Sequence record: SRR20825019_1786
Direction: 5' to 3' (one strand)
Length of the DNA stretch: 32,268 nt
This document shows positions 17,272 to 23,703 of this stretch, one piece after another. Under the pieces are notes generated by a model that was not told the DNA's origin, searched no databases, and was given only the letters and a program-made list of their open reading frames with translations. Numbering within the stretch: the first letter of the stretch is position 1; each line of letters opens with the position of its first letter. A program made the translations under genes and the position numbers.

Positions 17272-18075
17272 TTGCCTAGGTATATGAAAACGCCGTACAG
17301 CATCGAAACGCGCCGCGCCCCCAATGCGGGCGCGAAGACTGGCGCGGTTGCGAAAAATGGTGCGGGCACCAAGCACAATACCGGCAGCAGAAATGCTCTG
17401 GTCGCCGAGAGTGTCGTCACCGCCGCCGAGGTCGATCTGTCCGAAGTGATGGAGGCGATCCGTTCTCTGGAACGCAAGATCGACGGGAAGCAGCCAACAC
17501 CGGTAGCAGCAGATAAAGATACGGATACTGCAGCGGTTGTCGGCAAGCAGGATCAGAAGATCGAGGAGATCCGGACAGAGATCTCCGAGATCGCTGGCCG
17601 TATCCAGGCGACCAAGGTCGAGATTGCCGCCCTGCGCCACCCTCTCTCGAACGACGACAAATTCGAGTCGGCGACGGAGGAGCTCAGCGAGATCGTGCGC
17701 CAGACCGAGACCGCGACCGACGGGATCATGACCACCGCCGAGAAAATCGAGGAAGTCGTTGCCGACCTCCTGACGGTGACCACGGACGAATATGCGAATT
17801 CGCGGCTTGGCGACATCGCGGATTTGATCACGGGAATATACGAAGCCTGTAACTTCCAGGATCTGACCGGCCAGCGCATCAACAAGGTGATCAAGGTTCT
17901 CAATTATATCGAGGAACGGGTCGACGCGATGATGGCCACCTGGGATATCCGCGAGTTCCAGACCATGCCGCTGCCGCAGGACATCACCCGCAAGGACGAG
18001 GATCTGACCCTGAGCGGGCCGATGGCGGAAGGCCAGGCCATCTCGCAGGACGAAATCGACGCCCTGTTCGACTGA
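17272..18075 (+). CDS. cheZ: CheZ-family protein phosphatase (alphaproteobacterial type)
   Basis: EL..IV..TE.AT..IM, catalytic EACNFQDLTGQRI.KV (DxxxQ), and the C-terminal CheY-binding peptide SQDEIDALFD. AGAGGAG RBS 7 nt before TTG 17272. Confidence 0.9.
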   Translation: MPRYMKTPYSIETRRAPNAGAKTGAVAKNGAGTKHNTGSRNALVAESVVTAAEVDLSEVMEAIRSLERKIDGKQPTPVAADKDTDTAAVVGKQDQKIEEIRTEISEIAGRIQATKVEIAALRHPLSNDDKFESATEELSEIVRQTETATDGIMTTAEKIEEVVADLLTVTTDEYANSRLGDIADLITGIYEACNFQDLTGQRINKVIKVLNYIEERVDAMMATWDIREFQTMPLPQDITRKDEDLTLSGPMAEGQAISQDEIDALFD

Positions 18076-18099
18076 CGCCTCTCCTACCCGGACTTTTCC

Positions 18100-18132
18100 A
18101 AAACGCCCCGCCCAGCGGGGCGTTTTTCGTTT
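18100..18132 (+). terminator. Intrinsic terminator after cheZ
   Basis: AAAACGCCCCGC-CCA-GCGGGGCGTTTT followed by TCGTTT. Confidence 0.85.
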
Positions 18133-18159
18133 CAGCATCTTTTATTACTGGAGCTCATC

Positions 18160-18768
18160 ATGCCGTTGCCCGCCGAAACAGACTCTCTCGACGCCGTCCC
18201 GGAAGCGGTGCGCGCCTTCTACGTTGAAACGGACGAGGGCCGGTATCGCCTCGATGCCGACGGCGTGGAAGACGTCTCCGGCCTGAAATCCGCGCTGGAA
18301 AAGGAACGCGCCGCCCGGCGGGAGCTGAAAGCCGAACTGGACGCGCAAAGCACCGGAGAGGTGTCCCTCACCCAGGTGAAACTGGAAGCCGCCCTGATCG
18401 CCGCCGAGGCTCGCGCCGCGATCCATGCCGAGCACGGCATCGCCGAGCTGTTGCTGCCCGTCATCGTGCCCCGGCTGATCCTGGCCGAGAGCGAGGCCGG
18501 AATCTCGGTGACAATCCGTGGCGAAGGCGACGAGCCGGCGGAAAATCCGGAAGACGGCACCCCGCTCACCCCGCGCGATCTGGTGCGCGAGCTGCAGGCC
18601 AGCCCGGTCTATGGCCGGGCCTTCGAGCCACCCGCACGCGGCGGCAGCGGCGCGCCAAGCCTCGGACAGGCAGGCGGCAGCGAGAGCGTCATCGCGCTGA
18701 GCGACCAGAACGCGCTCGACCGCAACATCGCCGCCATCGCCAGCGGCCGGATACGGGTCTCCCGCTAA
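18160..18768 (+). CDS. Capsid scaffolding protein
   Basis: LD.VPE..R.FY.E...G.Y.LD..G.EDVSGLKSALEKER, acidic coiled coil, and C-terminal F....GGSGA. Directly upstream of the capsid gene, with a GGAG RBS. Confidence 0.75.
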   Translation: MPLPAETDSLDAVPEAVRAFYVETDEGRYRLDADGVEDVSGLKSALEKERAARRELKAELDAQSTGEVSLTQVKLEAALIAAEARAAIHAEHGIAELLLPVIVPRLILAESEAGISVTIRGEGDEPAENPEDGTPLTPRDLVRELQASPVYGRAFEPPARGGSGAPSLGQAGGSESVIALSDQNALDRNIAAIASGRIRVSR

Positions 18769-18897
18769 CCCCGGCCACTTCACACATTTTAACCTGACAC
18801 AACCGGCGGCCGGGATGGCCGGCGGCGCTTTGTGCTGCGCGCGGGCCGGGCAGCACGAACCCGACATGCCTTTTTCACACATCGAGGAGCCTTCCAA

Positions 18898-20049
18898 ATG
18901 GCAAATGCCATGACCGAAATCATGCCGAAAATCCTGGCCCGCGGCCTCTTGGCCCTGCGCGAGCAGGCGATCATGCCGCGGCTGGTGAACGCGGACTATT
19001 CGAACGACGCCGCCCGCAAGGGCGACACCGTGGATGTACCGCTGCCGAGCGCCATCACGGCGAGCGACGTCACCCCGTCGAACACCGCCCCGCAGCCGGA
19101 CGACATCACCATCTCCAAGGTCCAGGTTCCGCTGGATAAATGGAAGAAGGCGGGATTCTACCTCACGGACAAAGAGGTGATGGAGATAGACCGGAACGAG
19201 AGTTTCGTGCCGATGCAGATGAGCGAGGCGATCCGGGCGCTGGCCAATGCGGTCAACGCCTCCGTCCATGCCGAGTACAAGGGCGTCTTCGGCCTTGTCG
19301 GCGCGGCGGGCGTGACGCCGTTCGGCTCCGACGTGTCCGACGCCACCTCCGCCCGGAAGCTGCTGAACAAGCAGCTCGCCCCGCGTGGCGACCGGCGGGC
19401 CGTGCTGGATTTCGATGCCGAGGCCAACGCTTTGGCCCTCGCGCCCTTCTCCGATGCGGAGAAAGTCGGCTCCGCCTCGGTGAAAATCGACGGCGAGATC
19501 GGCCGCAAGTTCGGAATCGAATGGTACGCCGATGACGGGGTGCTGACCCATGCCGCCGGCACAGCCAGCGACAGCGGCAGCTTTACCATCACCGCCAATG
19601 TGGCGAGCACCGGGGCAACAAGTATCGCCCTGAAATCCGATATAGGCAGCCCGACCCTGAAGGTAGGCGATATCGTCAGCTTCGCCGGACATGCCCAGAG
19701 TTACGCGGTGATGGCGGACGCGGTTCTCGATGGCAGCGGCGTCTCGGTTGCCATTAACCCGGCCCTGAAAGCGGATGTCGCCGCCGATGCGGCAGTGACC
19801 GTCACGCCGAGCCATGTGGTCAATCTGGCCTTTCACCGGGATGCCTTCGCGCTGGCCATGCGGCCGCTCAGCGCCGGCACCCAGGATCTTTCGCTCGGTA
19901 ACCAGATCCTGTCCATGACAGACGCCGAGACGGGCATCTCCCTGCGGCTGGAAATCTCCCGCCAGTACAAGCAGACGGTCTGGGAATTTGACGTTCTCTG
20001 GGGCGTGAAACTGGTCCGTCCGGAACTCGCGGTCCGCATCGCCGGTTAA
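18898..20049 (+). CDS. Major capsid protein, P22 coat protein-like
   Basis: GAGGAG RBS; L..LRE..IM.RLVN.DY....A.KGDTV.VP.P, a beta-rich insertion domain, NLAFHRDAFALA.RPL and FDVLWG.K.VRPELAVRI.G. Confidence 0.9.
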   Translation: MANAMTEIMPKILARGLLALREQAIMPRLVNADYSNDAARKGDTVDVPLPSAITASDVTPSNTAPQPDDITISKVQVPLDKWKKAGFYLTDKEVMEIDRNESFVPMQMSEAIRALANAVNASVHAEYKGVFGLVGAAGVTPFGSDVSDATSARKLLNKQLAPRGDRRAVLDFDAEANALALAPFSDAEKVGSASVKIDGEIGRKFGIEWYADDGVLTHAAGTASDSGSFTITANVASTGATSIALKSDIGSPTLKVGDIVSFAGHAQSYAVMADAVLDGSGVSVAINPALKADVAADAAVTVTPSHVVNLAFHRDAFALAMRPLSAGTQDLSLGNQILSMTDAETGISLRLEISRQYKQTVWEFDVLWGVKLVRPELAVRIAG

Positions 20050-20083
20050 CGCCTCCTGTCATCAGCCTTCCCTGCGCCCACCT

Positions 20084-20125
20084 GGCCCGGGTCTCCGACT
20101 ATCGGAGCCCGGGCCGCTTTTTATT
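20084..20125 (+). terminator. Intrinsic terminator after the capsid gene
   Basis: GGCCCGGG(T)CTCCGA-CTA-TCGGAGCCCGGGCC followed by GCTTTTTATT. Confidence 0.75.
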
Positions 20126-20155
20126 CAGCATCTGCCAGACCGAAGGGGCCGTTCC

Positions 20156-20452
20156 ATGTCCGAGCCTGAAGCCGACCTGTTGCCGACCGTCACGCTGCAG
20201 CACCGCTACGGCGAGCAGCGCCTGCTCGCGAACCGGGCGGATTATATCCACGAGAAAGACGGCCGGTTCAGCAACTGGCTGCTGGCGGACGACGATCCTG
20301 AAGTGCAGCCGCCACCCTGCCAGTCCACTCCAGCTCATGTCCCGGCGCCTGCTGTTGCACCCGTTGCAGCCATAACAGCGCCAAGCGCTCCCGCGCTTCC
20401 GCCCGCGCCCGTTCATTCGGGCAAGCGGCGGCGCCGGGGGAGGCGGAAATGA
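20156..20452 (+). CDS. Small hypothetical virion-associated protein with Pro/Ala linker and basic tail
   Basis: GAAGGGG RBS; ATGA overlap with the next gene; ends KRRRRGRRK. Confidence 0.6.
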   Translation: MSEPEADLLPTVTLQHRYGEQRLLANRADYIHEKDGRFSNWLLADDDPEVQPPPCQSTPAHVPAPAVAPVAAITAPSAPALPPAPVHSGKRRRRGRRK

Positions 20453-20919
20453 GCCTCTCGGTCGGCGAAGACACCTATCTCACGGTCGCGGATGCGGATG
20501 CCTATTTCGCCGCCCGCAACGCGTCGGGATGGGCGGCGGCGCCGTCGGTCGCACGGGAAGCCGCCCTGCTTCAGGCCACCGCCTATATCGACGGCAGCTA
20601 TGCCTTCCGGGGGCGCATCGCCGATCCGGGACAGCCGCTTTCCTGGCCACGGCGCGATGCGGTGGACAGCGAAGGAAGGACTCTCTCCGGCATTCCGCGC
20701 CGGGTCGAGCACGCCACCGCCGAGCTGGCGCTGATTGCGCTCGCCGGGGATCTGACACCGCCACTGGAACGGGGCGGCAAGGTGCTGCGGGAGAAGGTCG
20801 GCCCGGTCGAGGTCGATTACATGCCCGGCGCCATGCCCGGCCGGTCCTACCCCTTGATCGACCTGCTGCTGAAGCCGCTGCTGCGGCCGGCCGCGAGCCA
20901 TGAGGTGATACGCGCATGA
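20449..20919 (+). CDS. Head-tail adaptor (family often annotated DnaT-like)
   Basis: Y.TVADADAYF..R, AL..AT.YID, Q.L.WPR, IP..V..A..ELAL and EKVGP.EV.Y; position after the capsid gene. Confidence 0.8.
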   Translation: MSLSVGEDTYLTVADADAYFAARNASGWAAAPSVAREAALLQATAYIDGSYAFRGRIADPGQPLSWPRRDAVDSEGRTLSGIPRRVEHATAELALIALAGDLTPPLERGGKVLREKVGPVEVDYMPGAMPGRSYPLIDLLLKPLLRPAASHEVIRA

Positions 20920-21278
20920 CCCCGCTTGGCTCTTCTCTCTCGGGCGTGGCCGCCCGTCTGATCACCCGCTACGGCGCCCCGATGGTGCTCAGCAAGACCG
21001 AGGCCGCCAGCTACGACCCGGCGACAGGAAACGTCACCGGAACGCCGTCCGACCATCCGCTGCTGGGCATCGTCGAAAGCATCTCGGCGGCCTTTGTCGG
21101 CGGGCTGGTGCAGAACGGCGACCTGCTGGTCACCGTCGCCGGAGAGGATCTGTCCGGCATCCGCCCCGCACCGGGCGACCTGCTCCGGATCGACGGTACG
21201 GCGCACGACGTCGTCAATGTCACCACCATCGCCACCGGCACCGAACCCCTGCTGTTCCGCCTGCTCGTCAGGCGCTGA
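20916..21278 (+). CDS. Head closure (stopper) protein
   Basis: A.RLI..YG, YDPATG, G.LVQ.GD and P..GD...IDG; ATGA coupling to the adaptor. Confidence 0.7.
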   Translation: MTPLGSSLSGVAARLITRYGAPMVLSKTEAASYDPATGNVTGTPSDHPLLGIVESISAAFVGGLVQNGDLLVTVAGEDLSGIRPAPGDLLRIDGTAHDVVNVTTIATGTEPLLFRLLVRR

Positions 21279-21289
21279 GGAGATTAGAG

Positions 21290-21682
21290 ATGTCCTTCAC
21301 CAGTGCCCGGCGCGCGGTCGAGAGCTTTTTCGGCGCCAACTGGCTGCTCACCCCGATCGCCTTCGAGAATGTCGCCTTCACCCCGCCGGAGGACGGATGC
21401 TGGGTCAAGCTGATGATCCTGCATGAGCAATCGGAGCAGGCCGCGCTCGGCAGCCCGGCCCTGCACCGCTACCGGGGCCGCATCCTGATCTACTGCTTCA
21501 CCCCGCTTGGCGGCGGCGCCCAGCAAGCGAGCACTCTCGCCGATGCCGCCGCCGCCCTGTTCGACGGCGCTCTGATCGCGGGTCACGTGCTGCTGCCGCC
21601 TGAAATCAGCGAGGACGAGAATATCGACGGTGCCTACCGGGCAACCGTGGCCATCCCGTTCTGGCGCGACGAAATCCACTGA
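21290..21682 (+). CDS. Tail terminator protein (DUF4128-like)
   Basis: PIAFENV.F.PP....WV, G...I..F.P.G.G and V.IPF; position before the tail tube. Confidence 0.75.
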   Translation: MSFTSARRAVESFFGANWLLTPIAFENVAFTPPEDGCWVKLMILHEQSEQAALGSPALHRYRGRILIYCFTPLGGGAQQASTLADAAAALFDGALIAGHVLLPPEISEDENIDGAYRATVAIPFWRDEIH

Positions 21683-21725
21683 GTTTCAACCCAGTCCCCC
21701 AAACCACACGCCCAAGGAGACCACC

Positions 21726-22895
21726 ATGGCGGATTCAAGCCGCACGGAACTCGCCTATGCAAAGGAATCGCTCTGGGGATCGACCCCGGCCTCGGCCCTG
21801 ACAAAACTTCGCTTCACCGGCGAGAGTCTCGGCTACACGATTGCCACCACCAGCTCGTCCGAAGTCCGGGCCGACCGTCAGGTCCCCGACCTGATCCAGA
21901 CCGGCGCCTCCGCCTCGGGCGCGGTCAATATGGAGCTTTCCTATGGCGCTTACGACACGCTGATCGAAAGCGCCCTGTTCTCCGTCTGGTCCGCTCCGCT
22001 CGGCATTTCCGTCGCGGACGATATCGCGGCGAATGCAAGCGGCAGCGCTTTCACCAGCACCTCAACGGATTTCGTGGCGGCCGGGATCAAGACGGGACAA
22101 TGGGTCCGGGTCGGCGGCTTCGCGGCGAACAGCGGAGAGAATAACGGCCTCTACCAGGTCAGCGCCGTCACCGCGAACAGCCTCACCGTGGCATCCGCCC
22201 CGGCAAGCGACGAGGCGGCGACCGGTCTCACCGTCAGCCTGGACGGCTCGATGATCCGCAACGGCGTCTCGGAAACCGCGCTGACACTGGAAAAGGCCTT
22301 CACCGATATCGGCCAGTATATCGCCTTCACCGGCATGGTCGCCGACACCATGGATTTGCAGATCCAGACCGGCCGGGTGCTGACCGGCAGCTTCGGCTTC
22401 ATGGGCGCTTCCGCCTCGATCGGCAGCGCCACGGTCGGCACCGGCGCGGCCATTCCGGCCCTGACCAATCCGGTGCTGAACGCGGTCAACAATATCGGCC
22501 AGGTGATGGAAGGCGGCGCGCCGCTCTCCGGCATCTTCCTGCAATCGCTCTCGATCTCGCTCGCCAACGGGCTGCGCGGGATCGGTGCTGTCGGCAGCCT
22601 CGGCAATGTCGATATCGGCACCGGCCGGTGCCAAGTGACGGGCCGGGCCAGCTTCTATTTCGCCGATGGCGCGCTGTACGAGAAATACCTGAACGGCACC
22701 CCGACCAGCCTGTCCTTCCGGGTCACGGACGCGGACGGCAACGCCTATGTCTTCTCCCTTCCGCGTGTCCGGCTGACCCGGGGCAGCATCGCCGCCGGCG
22801 GCCCGGACCAGGACGTCATGGCCGACTTCCAGTTCCAGGCAGTGCGCGATCCGGCCACCGGGGCAACCGTCCAGATCGACCGCATCGCCGCCTGA
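21726..22895 (+). CDS. Major tail tube protein (Phage_tube_2-like, non-contractile)
   Basis: AAGGAG RBS; E..WG.TP, LRFTGESL, S.EVRADRQ, G.VN.ELSYG, G.C.VTG....YF.D..LY.K.LN and GNAY.F.LPRV. No sheath gene is present. Confidence 0.85.
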   Translation: MADSSRTELAYAKESLWGSTPASALTKLRFTGESLGYTIATTSSSEVRADRQVPDLIQTGASASGAVNMELSYGAYDTLIESALFSVWSAPLGISVADDIAANASGSAFTSTSTDFVAAGIKTGQWVRVGGFAANSGENNGLYQVSAVTANSLTVASAPASDEAATGLTVSLDGSMIRNGVSETALTLEKAFTDIGQYIAFTGMVADTMDLQIQTGRVLTGSFGFMGASASIGSATVGTGAAIPALTNPVLNAVNNIGQVMEGGAPLSGIFLQSLSISLANGLRGIGAVGSLGNVDIGTGRCQVTGRASFYFADGALYEKYLNGTPTSLSFRVTDADGNAYVFSLPRVRLTRGSIAAGGPDQDVMADFQFQAVRDPATGATVQIDRIAA

Positions 22896-22943
22896 TCCCA
22901 GACACCCCTCATTTTCCCATCCCCCTTTCTCTAAGGACAGACA

Positions 22944-23402
22944 ATGGATCTCTCGAAATTCAAGGCCGACCGCACCGCCGAGGATGAAGGCGTCTGGGTT
23001 GCACTGGACGGCGCCGATACAGGCGCGCGGGTCAAGCTCGCCCGGATCGGTAACCGGCGCTATCGCGAGGCGATGCAGCGCCGGATGAAACCCTTCCGCC
23101 GGGCCCTGCGCGCCGGAACGCTGGAGGAAGCGACGGCGGAACGGGTGACCGCCGAGGTGCTGGCGGAAACCGTGCTGCTGGACTGGCAGGATCTCGCGCT
23201 GGACGGCGCGGCGCTTGCCTATTCGCCCGACCGGGCGCGGGAACTCCTGCTCGACCCGGCACTGCGCGACTTCCGCGATCTCATCGTCGAGATGGCGACC
23301 GATATCGAGCTCTACCGGCAGCAGGATCAGGAGGAAGCGGAAAAAAACTTGCCGCCTTCGTCCGCTGGCAAGTCGCCTGGGGCGGGCGGCAAGACTTCCT
23401 GA
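22944..23402 (+). CDS. Tail assembly chaperone (gpG-like)
   Basis: E.EGVWV, K.AR.GN..Y, AETVLLDW and YS...A..LL; slippery GAA AAA AAC near the 3' end. Confidence 0.85.
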   Translation: MDLSKFKADRTAEDEGVWVALDGADTGARVKLARIGNRRYREAMQRRMKPFRRALRAGTLEEATAERVTAEVLAETVLLDWQDLALDGAALAYSPDRARELLLDPALRDFRDLIVEMATDIELYRQQDQEEAEKNLPPSSAGKSPGAGGKTS

Positions 23403-23698
23403 CCCTTCTCGCCGAGCAAAGCGGCACAAAGCCATCCGCACTCGACGAGAAACCCGAGCTGTTTCCGGATCTTGAGCGGGTGGCCCACGCTTTCGCCTTG
23501 CTGACGCGCGGACGCCCGCTTGTGTCCACGCCGTTCGGAACGGCGGAAGGGGCCATCCCGCTGGCCGAGATCGCCGCCTATTGCGGGCTCTTCGGCATCA
23601 CGGACCCGGACGAGTTCGTGCCCCTGCTCCGCACCATGGACGAGGCCTATCTCCGCACCCGCGCGGAGCAGGCTCCCCCGCAAAAGAAAAAGGACTGA
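23342..23698 (+). CDS. Tail assembly chaperone extension (gpT-like), reached by -1 frameshift
   Basis: The -1 frame is open from A-AAA-AAC (23342-23348) to the stop at 23698, reading LAAFVRWQVAWG...PELFP...AF.LL.RGR...IPLAEIAAY. Confidence 0.85.
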   Translation, partial: KKLAAFVRWQVAWGGRQDFLTLLAEQSGTKPSALDEKPELFPDLERVAHAFALLTRGRPLVSTPFGTAEGAIPLAEIAAYCGLFGITDPDEFVPLLRTMDEAYLRTRAEQAPPQKKKD

Positions 23699-23703
23699 TC
23701 GCC

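Noticed and set aside
15886-19836. Long antisense ORFs (15886..18138, 18145..19836; likewise 5670..7397, 8888..10213, 22062..23441)
   Set aside because: They are shadow frames of well-supported genes in high-GC DNA, with no recognisable motifs.
20449-20919. DnaT-like primosomal/replication protein
   Set aside because: Position between capsid and stopper, and translational coupling, fit a head-tail adaptor. It is not evidence of a replication module.
23402-23480. Pseudogene or sequencing error in the tail chaperone region
   Set aside because: It matches the conserved programmed -1 frameshift arrangement.
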